Shown here in pieces: positions 38,081-59,853 of a DNA stretch of 64,000 nucleotides. The DNA is from the human T2T-CHM13v2.0 reference genome, Homo sapiens, in the NCBI RefSeq assembly GCF_009914755.1, contig NC_060948.1; one strand, given 5' to 3'. The translations under genes were made by a program, and so were the position numbers. The notes under the pieces were generated by a model. That model saw only the letters and a program-made list of their open reading frames with translations, was not told the origin of the DNA and did not search any database. Position 1 is the first letter of the stretch. Each line of letters opens with the position of its first letter.

Positions 38081-40185
38081 AGATCCATATTTTTTAAATG
38101 AAAAAAAATTTCAAAGGTACTCTGCTTGGTACAATAATCAAATGTATAAACTGAGGAATAAAACATAACCATGAAACCTACTTATAACTTCATATGGATA
38201 ATACACAGGATAATTTTTTAAATAACATAGTTTGAAAGCCTTAACTAGTAATTTGAAGAGTTGGCATTTGAAAGGCCAGTATGAATATACCTTCAAAGCA
38301 GCAACACAGGTTCCCCATGAGAAAAAGCAAACACAGGGAAAATAAAAACACAAAGGTTCAATCTCTTCTGACCTTTGAAAGACACAGCACAGACAGTGGT
38401 CCTTAGGACGAAGAGCAGGAGACCCCTAATTCCGTCACCATGGCGATAGGGCATAAACATTGCTGGGTGAGGGCACAATCCACATTGTGAGGTCCAACTG
38501 CTGCCAGGAAGACAGGAGTGCTTTTACATAGACCGAAAGGTCATTGAAGGCTCAGAGTTTTGTTTCAAGAACTGAATCCCAAGCCCACACGTTATTAGGC
38601 TGCGCTTCTTAAAACAAGTTATGAGATGGGAAAAAGGGCACCCACAAACATACGTATACATTATGTATATAATAATATACAGTGTCATATATATAATATA
38701 TATAACCTATGTATAATATTGTTTTACATCCTGCATCTTATGTTATATATATTGTATAAAATATAATAATTGATAATATATAAGTTTTATAATTATACAA
38801 TATGACATATAGTATATATTATAATTTATGACATATATAATATATGTTATATATCATATACAGAATATATTATACGGTTAATATACGTATTAAATATAAA
38901 TTATACATTATATATATTATATATAATATATCTGTTATATATAATACCCGTTATGCATAATATACATATTATGTCTATGTTATATATAGTATAAAACAAC
39001 ATATAATAATATATAATTGTATATATAAAATGCGACATATAATATATATTATATTTTATAACATATGTAATATATATTATATATTATATATAATACGTTG
39101 TATGTATAATACCTATATTAAATATATATTATATGACTATGTTATTAATTACATGTCACATGTGTTATATATTATATATTTTACATAGAATATACCGGTT
39201 ACATACAATATATACCATGTTACCTATAATGTATAATTTATTACATGTAAAATAAAGAATGCAATATATTATGTATAATTTATAATATACAATATGTGGA
39301 ATGTGATATATATAACATATAATATATGATATATGATATACAGTATATGATATATAACATACAATATATGATTCCTAATATATATGGTATACAATATATA
39401 TTTTATGATATGTATTCTGTATGTTTTATATTCTGTTATATATAACTATTTGAAATTATATATAACTGTATAATATTTTATGTAAATATATAATATAATA
39501 TATATAACTATATAATATATTATATATAACTATATATTATGTTATATATACTTTTATAACATAATTTACATAAAATATCATCATATAATATATATTATAT
39601 TATTTCATATTACATAATATATATTACATATCACCGAATATAACTAACATACATAATATTATAATATAGATTATATTATGTTATATTAAATATCATATAT
39701 ATCATGTATCATATATTCTATAATATATATTACACATTATATAATATGTATGTTGTCTATTATGTGATATATATAACTATATATATAATTATATTTTTAT
39801 ACATATAACTAGATAAACATGTAATTCTACATATTTTCATTTATAATATGTAGAAGTATATAATCATATATAATTATTTATATTCTATAAAAAATTTTAT
39901 CATTATCTAAATTATAATATATAAAAATTATAATATGTACTACAAATATATATATTATATATCATATATGATATAGTACCTTTGTTATATATCATAATAC
40001 ATATAAATGTGTATTATGTTATCTATAATTATATAATTTCATATATAAGATGTATAATATGTATCATACATTATATATGTTATGTAATATATATAGTATA
40101 TATAAGATGACACAGGATAAATATTACATTCTATGACATATAAAATATATGAGGTTATATGTTACATATAAGGCATAGCACATAA

Positions 40186-40500
<315 letters not shown>

Positions 40501-42605
40501 AGATCCATATTTTTTAAATGAAAAAAAATTTCAAAGGTACTCTGCTTGGTACAATAATCAAATGTATAAACTGAGGAATAAAACATAACCATGAAACCTA
40601 CTTATAACTGCATATGGAAAATACAGAGGATAATTTTTTAAATAACATATTTTGAAAGCCTTAACTAGTAATTTGAAGAGTTGGCATTTGAAAGGCCAGT
40701 ATGAATATACCTTCAATGCAGCAACACAGGTTCCCCATGAGAAAAAGCAAACACAGGGAAAATAAAAACACAAAGGTTCAATCTCTTCTGACCTTTGAAA
40801 GACACAGCACAGACAGTGGTCCTTAGGACGAAGAGCAGGAGACCCCTAATTCCGTCACCATGGCGATAGTGCATAAACATTGCTGGGTGAGGGCACAATC
40901 CACATTGTGAGGTCCAACTGCTGCCAGGAAGACAGGAGTGCTTTTACATAGACCGAAAGGTCATTGAAGGCTCAGAGTTTTGTTTCAAGAACTGAATCCC
41001 AAGCCCACACGTTATTAGGCTGCGCTTCTTAAAACAAGTTATGAGATGGGAAAAAGGGCACCCACAAACATACGTATACATTATGTATATAATAATATAC
41101 AGTGTCATATATATAATATATATAACCTATGTATAATATTGTTTTACATCCTGCATCTTATGTTATATATATTGTATAAAATATAATAATTGATAATATA
41201 TAAGTTTTATAATTATACAATATGACATATAGTATATATTATAATTTATGACATATATAATATATGTTATATATCATATACAGAATATATTATACGGTTA
41301 ATATACGTATTAAATATAAATTATACATTATATATATTATATATAATATATCTGTTATATATAATACCCGTTATGCATAATATATATATTATGTCTATGT
41401 TATATATAGTATAAAACAACATATAATAATATATAATTGTATATATAAAATGCGACATATAATATATATTATATTTTATAACATATGTAATATATATTAT
41501 ATATTATATATAATACGTTGTATGTATAATACCTATATTAAATATATATTATATGACTATGTTGTTAATTACATGTCACATGTGTTATATATTATATATT
41601 TTACATAGAATATACCGGTTACATACAATATATACCATGTTACCTATAATGTATAATTTATTACATGTAAAAGAAAGAATGCAATATATTATGTATAATT
41701 TATAATATACAATATGTGGAATGTGATATATATAACATATAATATATGATATATGATATACAGTATATGATATATAACATACAATATATGATTCCTAATA
41801 TATATGGTATACAATATATATTTTATGATATGTATTCTGTATGTTTTATATTCTGTTATATATAACTATTTGAAATTATATATAACTGTATAATATTTTA
41901 TGTAAATATGTAATATAATATATATAACTATATAATATATTATATATAACTATATATTATGTTATATATACTTTTATAACATAATTTACATAAAATATCA
42001 TAATATAATATATATTATATTATTTCATATTACATAATATATATTACATATCACCCAATATAACTAACATACATAATATTATAATATAGATTATATTATG
42101 TTATATTAAATATCATATATATCATGTATCATATATTCTATAATATATATTACACATTATATAATATGTATGTTGTCTATTATGTGATATATATAACTAT
42201 ATATATAATTATATTTTTATACATATAACTAGATAAACATGTAATTCTACATATTTTCATTTATAATATGTAGAATTATATAATCATATATAATTATTTA
42301 TATTCTATAAAAAATTTTATCATTATCTAAATTATAATATATAAAAATTATAATATGTACTACAAATATATATATTATATATCATATATGATATAGTACC
42401 TTTGTTATATATCATAATACATATAAATGTGTATTATGTTATCTATAATTATATAATTTCATATATAAGATGTATAATATGTATCGTATATTATATATGT
42501 TATGTAATATATATAGTATATATAAGATGACACAGGATAAATATTACATTCTATGACATATAAAATATATGAGGTTATATGTTACATATAAGGCATAGCA
42601 CATAA

Positions 42606-42920
<315 letters not shown>

Positions 42921-45025
42921 AGATCCATATTTTTTAAATGAAAAAAAATTTCAAAGGTACTCTGCTTGGTACAATAATCAAATGTATAAACTGAGGAATA
43001 AAACATAACCATGAAACCTACTTATAACTGCATATGGATAATACACAGGATAATTTTTTAAATAACATATTTTGAAAGCCTTAACTAGTAATTTGAAGAG
43101 TTGGCATTTGAAAGACCAGTATGAATATACCTTCAAAGCAGCAACACAGGTTCCCCATGAGAAAAAGCAAACACAGGGAAAATAAAAACACAAAGGTTCA
43201 ATCTCTTCTGACCTTTGAAAGACACAGCACAGACAGTGGTCCTTAGGACGAAGAGCAGGAGACCCCTAATTCCGTCACCATGGCGATAGGGCATAAACAT
43301 TGCTGGGTGAGGGCACAATCCACATTGTGAGGTCCAACTGCTGCCAGGAAGACAGGAGTGCTTTTACATAGACCGAAAGGTCATTGAAGGCTCAGAGTTT
43401 TGTTTCAAGAACTGAATCCCAAGCCCACACGTTATTAGGCTGCGCTTCTTAAAACAAGTTATGAGATGGGAAAAAGGGCACCCACAAACATACGTATACA
43501 TTATGTATATAATAATATACAGTGTCATATATATAATATATATAACCTATGTATAATATTGTTTTACATCCTGCATCTTATGTTATATATATTGTATAAA
43601 ATATAATAATTGATAATATATAAGTTTTATAATTATACAATATGACATATAGTATATATTATAATTTATGACATATATAATATATGTTATATATCATATA
43701 CAGAATATATTATACGGTTAATATACGTATTAAATATAAATTATACATTATATATATTATATATAATATATCTGTTATATATAATACCCGTTATGCATAA
43801 TATACATATTATGTCTATGTTATATATAGTATAAAACAACATATAATAATATATAATTGTATATATAAAATGCGACATATAATACATATTATATTTTATA
43901 ACATATGTAATATATATTATATATTATATATAATACGTTGTATGTATAATACCTATATTAAATATATATTATATGACTATGTTATTAATTACATGTCACA
44001 TGTGTTATATATTATATATTTTACATAGAATATACCGGTTACATACAATATATACCATGTTACCTATAATGTATAATTTATTACATGTAAAATAAAGAAT
44101 GCAATATATTATGTATAATTTATAATATACAATATGTGGAATGTGATATATATAACATATAATATATGATATATGATATACAGTATATGATATATAACAT
44201 ACAATATATGATTCCTAATATATATGGTATACAATATATATTTTATGATATGTATTCTGTATGTTTTATATTCTGTTATATATAACTATTTGAAATTATA
44301 TATAACTGTATAATATTTTATGTAAATATATAATATAATATATATAACTATATAATATATTATATATAACTATATATTATGTTATATATACTTTTATAAC
44401 ATAATTTACATAAAATATCATAATATAATATATATTATATTATTTCATATTACATAATATATATTACATATCACCCAATATAACTAACATACATAATATT
44501 ATAATATAGATTATATTATGTTATATTAAATATCATATATATCATGTATCATATATTCTATAATATATATTACACATTATATAATATGTATGTTGTCTAT
44601 TATGTGATATATATAACTATATATATAATTATATTTTTATACATATAACTAGATAAACATGTAATTCTGCATATTTTCATTTATAATATGTAGAAGTATA
44701 TAATCATATATAATTATTTATATTCTATAAAAAATTTTATCATTATCTAAATTATAATATATAAAAATTATAATATGTACTACAAATATATATATTATAT
44801 ATCATATATGATATAGTACCTTTGTTATATATCATAATACATATAAATGTGTATTATGTTATCTATAATTATATAATTTCATATATAAGATGTATAATAT
44901 GTATCATATATTATATATGTTATGTAATATATATAGTATATATAAGATGACACAGGATAAATATTACATTCTATGACATATAAAATATATGAGGTTATAT
45001 GTTACATATAAGGCATAGCACATAA

Positions 45026-45340
<315 letters not shown>

Positions 45341-47445
45341 AGATCCATATTTTTTAAATGAAAAAAAATTTCAAAGGTACTCTGCTTGGTACAATAATCA
45401 AATGTATAAACTGAGGAATAAAACATAACCATGAAACCTACTTATAACTGCATATGGAAAATACAGAGGATAATTTTTTAAATAACATATTTTGAAAGCC
45501 TTAACTAGTAATTTGAAGAGTTGGCATTTGAAAGGCCAGTATGAATATACCTTCAAAGCAGCAACACAGGTTCCCCATGAGAAAAAGCAAACACAGGGAA
45601 AATAAAAACACAAAGGTTCAATCTCTTCTGACCTTTGAAAGACACAGCACAGACAGTGGTCCTTAGGACGAAGAGCAGGAGACCCCTAATTCCGTCACCA
45701 TGGCGATAGGGCATAAACATTGCTGGGTGAGGGCACAATCCACATTGTGAGGTCCAACTGCTGCCAGGAAGACAGGAGTGCTTTTACATAGACCGAAAGG
45801 TCATTGAAGGCTCAGAGTTTTGTTTCAAGAACTGAATCCCAAGCCCACACGTTATTAGGCTGCGCTTCTTAAAACAAGCTATGAGATGGGAAAAAGGGCA
45901 CCCACAAACATACGAATACATTATGTATATAATAATATACAGTGTCATATATATAATATATATAACCTATGTATAATATTGTTTTACATCCTGCATCTTA
46001 TGTTATATATATTGTATAAAATATAATAATTGATAATATATAAGTTTTATAATTATACAATATGACATATAGTATATATTATAATTTATGACATATATAA
46101 TATATGTTATATATCATATACAGAATATATTATACGGTTAATATACGTATTAAATATAAATTATACATTATATATATTATATATAATATATCTGTTATAT
46201 ATAATACCCGTTATGCATAATATACATATTATGTCTATGTTATATATAGTATAAAACAACATATAATAATATATAATTGTATATATAAAATGCGACATAT
46301 AATATATATTATATTTTATAACATATGTAATATATATTATATATTATATATAATACGTTGTATGTATAATACCTATATTAAATATATATTATATGACTAT
46401 GTTATTAATTACATGTCACATGTGTTATATATTATATATTTTACATAGAATATACCGGTTACATACAATATATACCATGTTACCTATAATGTATAATTTA
46501 TTACATGTAAAATAAAGAATGCAATATATTATGTATAATTTATAATATACAATATGTGGAATGTGATATATATAACATATAATATATGATATATGATATA
46601 CAGTATATGATATATAACATACAATATATGATTCCTAATATATATGGTATACAATATATATTTTATGATATGTATTCTGTATGTTTTATATTCTGTTATA
46701 TATAACTATTTGAAATTATATATAACTGTATAATATTTTATGTAAATATATAATATAATATATATAACTATATAATATATTATATATAACTATATATTAT
46801 GTTATATATGCTTTTATAACATAATTTACATAAAATATCATAATATAATATATATTATATTATTTCATATTACATAATATATATTACATATCACCGAATA
46901 TAACTAACATACATAATATTATAATATAGATTATATTATGTTATATTAAATATCATATATATCATGTATCATATATTCTATAATATATATTACACATTAT
47001 ATAATATGTATGTTGTCTATTATGTGATATATATAACTATATATATAATTATATTTTTATACATATAACTAGATAAACATGTAATTCTACATATTTTCAT
47101 ATATAATATGTAGAAGTATATAATCATATATAATTATTTATATTCTATAAAAAATTTTATCATTATCTAAATTATAATATATAAAAATTATAATATGTAC
47201 TACAAATATATATATTATATATCATATATGATATAGTACCTTTGTTATATATCATAATACATATAAATGTGTATTATGTTATCTATAATTATATAATTTC
47301 ATATATAAGATGTATAATATATATCATACATTATATATGTTATGTAATATATATAGTATATATAAGATGACACAGGATAAATATTACATTCTATGACATA
47401 TAAAATATATGAGGTTATATGTTACATATAAGGCATAGCACATAA

Positions 47446-47760
<315 letters not shown>

Positions 47761-49865
47761 AGATCCATATTTTTTAAATGAAAAAAAATTTCAAAGGTAC
47801 TCTGCTTGGTACAATAATCAAATGTATAAACTGAGGAATAAAACATAACCATGAAACCTACTTATAACTGCATATGGAAAATACAGAGGATAATTTTTTA
47901 AATAACATATTTTGAAAGCCTTAACTAGTAATTTGAAGAGTTGGCATTTGAAAGGCCAGTATGAATATACCTTCAATGCAGCAACACAGGTTCCCCATGA
48001 GAAAAAGCAAACACAGGGAAAATAAAAACACAAAGGTTCAATCTCTTCTGACCTTTGAAAGACACAGCACAGACAGTGGTCCTTAGGACGAAGAGCAGGA
48101 GACCCCTAATTCCGTCACCATGGCGATAGTGCATAAACATTGCTGGGTGAGGGCACAATCCACATTGTGAGGTCCAACTGCTGCCAGGAAGACAGGAGTG
48201 CTTTTACATAGACCGAAAGGTCATTGAAGGCTCAGAGTTTTGTTTCAAGAACTGAATCCCAAGCCCACACGTTATTAGGCTGCGCTTCTTAAAACAAGTT
48301 ATGAGATGGGAAAAAGGGCACCCACAAACATACGTATACATTATGTATATAATAATATACAGTGTCATATATATAATATATATAACCTATGTATAATATT
48401 GTTTTACATCCTGCATCTTATGTTATATATATTGTATAAAATATAATAATTGATAATATATAAGTTTTATAATTATACAATATGACATATAGTATATATT
48501 ATAATTTATGACATATATAATATATGTTATATATCATATACAGAATATATTATACGGTTAATATACGTATTAAATATAAATTATACATTATATATATTAT
48601 ATATAATATATCTGTTATATATAATACCCGTTATGCATAATATACATATTATGTCTATGTTATATATAGTATAAAACAACATATAATAATATATAATTGT
48701 ATATATAAAATGCGACATATAATATATATTATATTTTATAACATATGTAATATATATTATATATTATATATAATACGTTGTATGTATAATACCTATATTA
48801 AATATATATTATATGACTATGTTGTTAATTACATGTCACATGTGTTATATATTATATATTTTACATAGAATATACCGGTTACATACAATATATACCATGT
48901 TACCTATAATGTATAATTTATTACATGTAAAATAAAGAATGCAATATATTATGTATAATTTATAATATACAATATGTGGAATGTGATATATATAACATAT
49001 AATATATGATATATGATATACAGTATATGATATATAACATAAAATATATGATTCCTAATATATATGGTATACAATATATATTTTATGATATGTATTCTGT
49101 ATGTTTTATATTCTGTTATATATAACTATTTGAAATTATATATAACTGTATAATATTTTATGTAAATATGTAATATAATATATATAACTATATAATATAT
49201 TATATATAACTATATATTATGTTATATATACTTTTATAACATAATTTACATAAAATATCATAATATAATATATATTATATTATTTCATATTACATAATAT
49301 ATATTACATATCACCCAATATAACTAACATACATAATATTATAATATAGATTATATTATGTTATATTAAATATCATATATATCATGTATCATATATTCTA
49401 TAATATATATTACACATTATATAATATGTATGTTGTCTATTATGTGATATATATAACTATATATATAATTATATTTTTATACATATAACTAGATAAACAT
49501 GTAATTCTACATATTTTCATTTATAATATGTAGAAGTATATAATCATATATAATTATTTATATTCTATAAAAAATTTTATCATTATACAAATTATAATAT
49601 ATAAAAATTATAATATGTACTACAAATATATATATTATCTATCATATATGATATAGTACCTTTGTTATATATCATAATACATATAAATGTGTATTATGTT
49701 ATCTATAATTATATAATTTCATATATAAGATGTATAATATGTATCATATATTATATATGTTATGTAATATATATAGTATATATAAGATGACACAGGATAA
49801 ATATTATATACTATGACATATAAAATATATGAGGTTATATGTTACATATAAGGCATAGCACATAA

Positions 49866-50180
<315 letters not shown>

Positions 50181-52284
50181 AGATCCATATTTTTTAAATG
50201 AAAAAAAATTTCAAAGGTACTCTGCTTGGTACAATAATCAAATGTATAAACTGAGGAATAAAACATAACCATGAAACCTACTTATAACTGCATATGGAAA
50301 ATACAGAGGATAATTTTTTAAATAACATAGTTTGAAAGCCTTAACTAGTAATTTGAAGAGTTGGCATTTGAAAGGCCAGTATGAATATACCTTCAAAGCA
50401 GCAACACAGGTTCCCCATGAGAAAAAGCAAACACAGGGAAAATAAAAACACAAAGGTTCAATCTCTTCTGACCTTTGAAAGACACAGCACAGACAGTGGT
50501 CCTTAAGACGAAGAGCAGGAGACCCCTAATTCCGTCACCATGGCGATAGGGCATAAACATTGCTGGGTGAGGGCACAATCCACATTGTGAGGTCCAACTG
50601 CTGCCAGGAAGACAGGAGTGCTTTTACATAGACCGAAAGGTCATTGAAGGCTCAGAGTTTTGTTTCAAGAACTGAATCCCAAGCCCACACGTTATTAGGC
50701 TGCGCTTCTTAAAACAAGTTATGAGATGGGAAAAAGGGCACCCACAAACATACGTATACATTATGTATATAATAATATACAGTGTCATATATATAATATA
50801 TATAACCTATGTATAATATTGTTTTACATCCTGCATCTTATGTTATATATATTGTATAAAATATAATAATTGATAATATATAACTTTTACAATTATACAA
50901 TATGACATATAGTATATATTATAATTTATGACATATATAATATATGTTATATATCATATACAGAATATACTATACGGTTAATATACGTATTAAATATAAA
51001 TTATACATTATATATATTATATATAATATATCTGTTATATATAATACCCGTTATGCATAATATATATATTATGTCTATGTTATATATAGTATAAAACAAC
51101 ATATAATAATATATAATTGTATATATAAATGCGACATATAATATATATTATATTTTATGACATATGTAATATATATTATATATTATATATAATACGTTGT
51201 ATGTATAATACCTATATTAAATATATATTATATGACTATGTTATTAATTACATGTCACATGTGTTATATATTATATATTTTACATAGAAAATACCGGTTA
51301 CATACAATATATACCATGTTACCTATAATGTATAATTTATTACATGTAAAATAAAGAATGCAATATATTATGTATAATTTATAATATACAATATGTGGAA
51401 TGTGATATATATAACATATAATATATGATATATGATATACAGTATATGATATATAACATACAATATATGATTCCTAATATATATGGTATACAATATATAT
51501 TTTATGATATGTATTCTATATGTTTTATATTCTGTTATATATAACTATTTGAAATTATATATAACTGTATAATATTTTATGTAAATATGTAATATAATAT
51601 ATATAACTATATAATATATTATATATAACTATATATTATGTTATATATACTTTTATAACATAATTTACATAAAATATCATAATATAATATATATTATATT
51701 ATTTCATATTACATAATATATATTACATATCACCCAATATAACTAACATACATAATATTATAATATAGATTATATTATGTTATATTAAATATCATATATA
51801 TCATGTATCATATATTCTATAATATATATTACACATTATATAATATGTATGTTGTCTATTATGTGATATATATAACTCTATATATAATTATATTTTTATA
51901 CATATAACTAGATAAACATGTAATTCTACATATTTTCATTTATAATATGTAGAAGTATATAATCATATATAATTATTTATATTCTATAAAAAATTTTATC
52001 ATTATACAAATTATAATATATAAAAATTATAATATGTACTACAAATATATATATTATCTATCATATATGATATAGTACCTCTGTTATATATCATAATACA
52101 TATAAATGTGTATTATGTTATCTATAATTATATAATTTCATATATAAGATGTATAATATGTATCATATATTATATATGTTATGTAATATATATAGTATAT
52201 ATAAGATGACACAGGATAAATATTATATACTATGACATATAAAATATATGAGGTTATATGTTACATATAAGGCATAGCACATAA

Positions 52285-52599
<315 letters not shown>

Positions 52600-54705
52600 A
52601 GATCCATATTTTTTAAATGAAAAAAAATTTCAAAGGTACTCTGCTTGGTACAATAATCAAATGTATAAACTGAGGAATAAAACATAACCATGAAACCTAC
52701 TTATAACTGCATATGGAAAATACAGAGGATAATTTTTTAAATAACATATTTTGAAAGCCTTAACTAGTAATTTGAAGAGTTGGCATTTGAAAGGCCAGTA
52801 TGAATATACCTTCAAAGCAGCAACACAGGTTCCCCATGAGAAAAAGCAAACACAGGGAAAATAAAAACACAAAGGTTCAATCTCTTCTGACCTTTGAAAG
52901 ACACAGCACAGACAGTGGTCCTTAGGACGAAGAGCAGGAGACCCCTAATTCCGTCACCATGGCGATAGGGCATAAACATTGCTGGGTGAGGGCACAATCC
53001 ACATTGTGAGGTCCAACTGCTGCCAGGAAGACAGGAGTGCTTTTACATAGACCGAAAGGTCATTGAAGGCTCAGAGTTTTGTTTCAAGAACTGAATCCCA
53101 AGCCCACACGTTATTAGGCTGCGCTTCTTAAAACAAGTTATGAGATGGGAAAAAGGGCACCCACAAACATACGTATACATTATGTATATAATAATATAGA
53201 GTGTCATATATATAATATATATAACCTATGTATAATATTGTTTTTACATCCTGCATCTTATGATATATATATTGTATAAAATATAATAATTGATAATATA
53301 TAAGTTTTATAATTATACAATATGACATATAGTATATATTATAATTTATGACATATATAATATATGTTATATATCATATACAGAATATATTATACGGTTA
53401 ATATACGTATTAAATATAAATTATACATTATATATATTATATATAATATATCTGTTATATATAATACCCGTTATGCATAATATATATATTATGTCTATGT
53501 TATATATAGTATAAAACAACACATAATAATATATAATTGTATATATAAAATGCGACATATAATATATATTATATTTTATGACATATGTAATATATATTAT
53601 ATATTATATATAATACGTTGTATGTATAATACCTATATTAAATATATATTATATGACTATGTTATTAATTACATGTCACATGTGTTATATATTATATATT
53701 TTACATAGAATATACCGGTTACATACAATATATACCATGTTACCTATAATGTATAATTTATTACATGTAAAATAAAGAATGCAATATATTATGTATAATT
53801 TATAATATACAATATGTGGAATGTGATATATATAACATATAATATATGATATATGATATACAGTATATGATATATAACATACAATATATGATTCCTAATA
53901 TATATGGTATACAATATATATTTTATGTTATGTATTCTATATGTTTTATATTCTGTTATATATAACTATTTGAAATTATATATAACTGTATAATATTTTA
54001 TGTAAATATGTAATATGATATATATAACTATATAATATATTATATATAACTATATATTATGTTATATATACTTTTATAACATAATTTACATAAAATATCA
54101 TAATATAATATATATTATATTATTTCATATTACATAATATATATTACATATCACCCAATATAACTAACATACATAATATTATAATATAGATTATATTGTG
54201 TTATATTAAATATCATATATATCATGTATCATATATTCTATAATATATATTACACATTATATAATATGTATGTTGTCTATTATGTGATATATATAACTAT
54301 ATATATAATTATATTTTTATACATATAACTAGATAAACATGTAATTCTACATATTTTCATTTATAATATGTAGAAGTATATAATCATATATAATTATTTA
54401 TATTCTATAAAAAATTTTATCATTATACAAATTATAATATATAAAAATTATAATATGTACTACAAATATATATATTATCTATCATATATGATATAGTACC
54501 TTTGTTATATATCATAATACATATAAATGTGTATTATGTTATCTATAATTATATAATTTCATATATAAGATGTATAATATGTATCATATATTATATATGT
54601 TGTGTAATATATATAGTATATATAAGATGACACAGGATAAATATTATATACTATGACATATAAAATATATGAGGTTATATGTTACATATAAGGCATAGCA
54701 CATAA

Positions 54706-55020
<315 letters not shown>

Positions 55021-57126
55021 AGATCCATATTTTTTAAATGAAAAAAAATTTCAAAGGTACTCTGCTTGGTACAATAATCAAATGTATAAACTGAGGAATA
55101 AAACATAACCATGAAACCTACTTATAACTGCATATGGAAAATACAGAGGATAATTTTTTAAATAACATATTTTGAAAGCCTTAACTAGTAATTTGAAGAG
55201 TTGGCATTTGAAAGGCCAGTATGAATATACCTTCAAAGCAGCAACACAGGTTCCCCATGAGAAAAAGCAAACACAGGGAAAATAAAAACACAAAGGTTCA
55301 ATCTCTTCTGACCTTTGAAAGACACAGCACAGACAGTGGTCCTTAGGACGAAGAGCAGGAGACCCCTAATTCCGTCACCATGGCGATAGGGCATAAACAT
55401 TGCTGGGTGAGGGCACAATCCACATTGTGAGGTCCAACTGCTGCCAGGAAGACAGGAGTGCTTTTACATAGACCGAAAGGTCATTGAAGGCTCAGAGTTT
55501 TGTTTCAAGAACTGAATCCCAAGCCCACACGTTATTAGGCTGCGCTTCTTAAAACAAGTTATGAGATGGGAAAAAGGGCACCCTCAAACATACGTATACA
55601 TTATGTATATAATAATATAGAGTGTCATATATATAATATATATAACCTATGTATAATATTGTTTTTACATCCTGCATCTTATGTTATATATATTGTATAA
55701 AATATAATAATTGATAATATATAAGTTTTATAATTATACAATATGACATATAGTATATATTATAATTTATGACATATATAATATATGTTATATATCATAT
55801 ACAGAATATATTATACGGTTAATATACGTATTAAATATAAATTATACATTATATATATTATATATAATATATCTGTTATATATAATACCCGTTATGCATA
55901 ATATATATATTATGTCTATGTTATATATAGTATAAAACAACATATAATAATATATAATTGTATATATAAAATGCGACATATAATATATATTATATTTTAT
56001 GACATATGTAATATATATTATATATTATATATAATACGTTGTATGTATAATACCTATATTAAATATATATTATATGACTATGTTATTAATTACATGTCAC
56101 ATGTGTTATATATTATATATTTTACATAGAATATACCGGTTACATACAATATATACTATGTTACCTATAATGTATAATTTATTACATGTAAAATAAAGAA
56201 TGCAATATATTATGTATAATTTATAATATACAATATGTGGAATGTGATATATATAACATATAATATATGATATATGATATACAGTATATGATATATAACA
56301 TACAATATATGATTCCTAATATATATGGTATACAATATATATTTTATGATATGTATTCTATATGTTTTATATTCTGTTATATATAACTATTTGAAATTAT
56401 ATATAACTGTATAATATTTTATGTAAATATGTAATATAATATATATAACTATATAATATATTATATATAACTATATATTATGTTATATATACTTTTATAA
56501 CATAATTTACATAAAATATCATAATATAATATATATTATATTATTTCATATTACATAATATATATTACATATCACCCAATATAACTAACATACATAATAT
56601 TATAATATAGATTATATTGTGTTATATTAAATATCATATATATCATGTATCATATATTCTATAATATATATTACACATTATATAATATGTATGTTGTCTA
56701 TTATGTGATATATATAACTATATATATAATTATATTTTTATACATATAACTAGATAAACATGTAATTCTACATATTTTCATTTATAATATGTAGAATTAT
56801 ATAATCATATATAATTATTTATATTCTATAAAAAATTTTATCATTATATAAATTATAATATATAAAAATTATAATATGTACTACAAATATATATATTATA
56901 TATCATATATGATATAGTACCTTTGTTATATATCATAATACATATAAATGTGTATTATGTTATCTATAATTATATAATTTCATATATAAGTTGTATAATA
57001 TGTATCATATATTATACATGTTATGTAATATATATAGTATATATAAGATGACACAGGATAAATATTATATACTATGACATATAAAATATATGAGGTTATA
57101 TGTTACATATAAGGCATAGCACATAA

Positions 57127-57441
<315 letters not shown>

Positions 57442-59538
57442 AGATCCATATTTTTTAAATGAAAAAAAATTTCAAAGGTACTCTGCTTGGTACAATAATC
57501 AAATGTATAAACTGAGGAATAAAACATAACCATGAAACCTACTTATAACTGCATATGGAAAATACAGAGGATAATTTTTTAAATAACATATTTTGAAAGC
57601 CTTAACTAGTAATTTGAAGAGTTGGCATTTGAAAGGCCAGTATGAATATACCTTCAAAGCAGCAACACAGGTTCCCCATGAGAAAAAGCAAACACAGGGA
57701 AAATAAAAACACAAAGGTTCAATCTCTTCTGACCTTTGAAAGACACAGCACAGACAGTGGTCCTTAGGACGAAGAGCAGGAGACCCCTAATTCCGTCACC
57801 ATGGCGATAGGGCATAAACATTGCTGGGTGAGGGCACAATCCACATTGTGAGGTCCAACTGCTGCCAGGAAGACAGGAGTGCTTTTACATAGACCGAAAG
57901 GTCATTGAAGGCTCAGAGTTTTGTTTCAAGAACTGAATCCCAAGCCCACACGTTATTAGGCTGCGCTTCTTAAAACAAGTTATGAGATGGGAAAAAGGGC
58001 ACCCACAAACATACGTATACATTATGTATATAATAATATAGAGTGTCATATATATAATATATATAACCTATGTATAATATTGTTTTACATCCTGCATCTT
58101 ATGTTATATATATTGTATAAAATATAATAATTGATAATATATAAGTTTTATAATTATACAATATGACATATAGTATATATTATAATTTATGACATATATA
58201 ATATATGTTATATATCATATACAGAATATATTATACGGTTAATATACGTATTAAATATACATTATACATTACACATATTATATATAATATATCTGTTATA
58301 TATAATACCCATTATGCATAATATATATATTATGTCTATGTTATATATAGTATAAAACAACATATAATAATATATAATTGTATATATAAAATGCGACATA
58401 TAATATATATTATATTTTATAACATATGTAATATATATTATATATAATACGTTGTATGTATAATACCTATATTAAATATATATTATATGACTATGTTATT
58501 AATTACATGTCACATGTGTTATATATTATATATTTTACATAGAATATACCGGTTACATACAATATATACCATGTTACCTATAATGTATAATTTATTACAT
58601 GTAAAATAAAGAATGCAATATATTATGTATAATTTATAATATACAATATGTGGAATGTGATATATATAACATATAATATATGATATATGATATACAGTAT
58701 ATGATATATAACATACAATATATGATTCCTAATATATATGGTATACAATATATATTTTATGATATGTATTCTATATGTTTTATATTCTGTTATATATAAC
58801 TATTTGAAATTATATATAACTGTATAATATTTTATGTAAATATGTAATATAATATATATAACTATATAACATATTATATATAACTATATATTATGTTATA
58901 TATACTTTTATAACATAATTTACATAAAATATCATAATATAATATATATTATATTATTTCATATTACATAATATATATTACATATCACCCAATATAACTA
59001 ACATACATAATATTATAATATAGATTATATTGTGTTATATTAAATATCATATATATCATGTATCATATATTCTATAATATATATTACACATTATATAATA
59101 TGTATGTTGTCTATTAAGTGATATATATAACTATATATATAATTATATTTTTATACATATAACTAGATAAACATGTAATTCTACATATTTTCATTTATAA
59201 TATGTAGAATTATATAATCATATATAATTATTTATATTCTATAAAAATTTTATCATTATATAAATTATAATATATAAAAATTATAATATGTACTACAAAT
59301 ATGTATATTATATATCATATATGATATAGTACCTTTGTTATATTTCATAATACATATAAATGTGTATTATGTTATCTATAATTATATAATTTCATATATA
59401 AGATGTATAATATATATCATATATTATATATGTTATGTAATATATATAGTATATATAAGATGACACAGGATAAATATTATATACTATGACATATAAAATA
59501 TATGAGGTTATATGCTACATATAAGGCATAGCACATAA

Positions 59539-59853
<315 letters not shown>
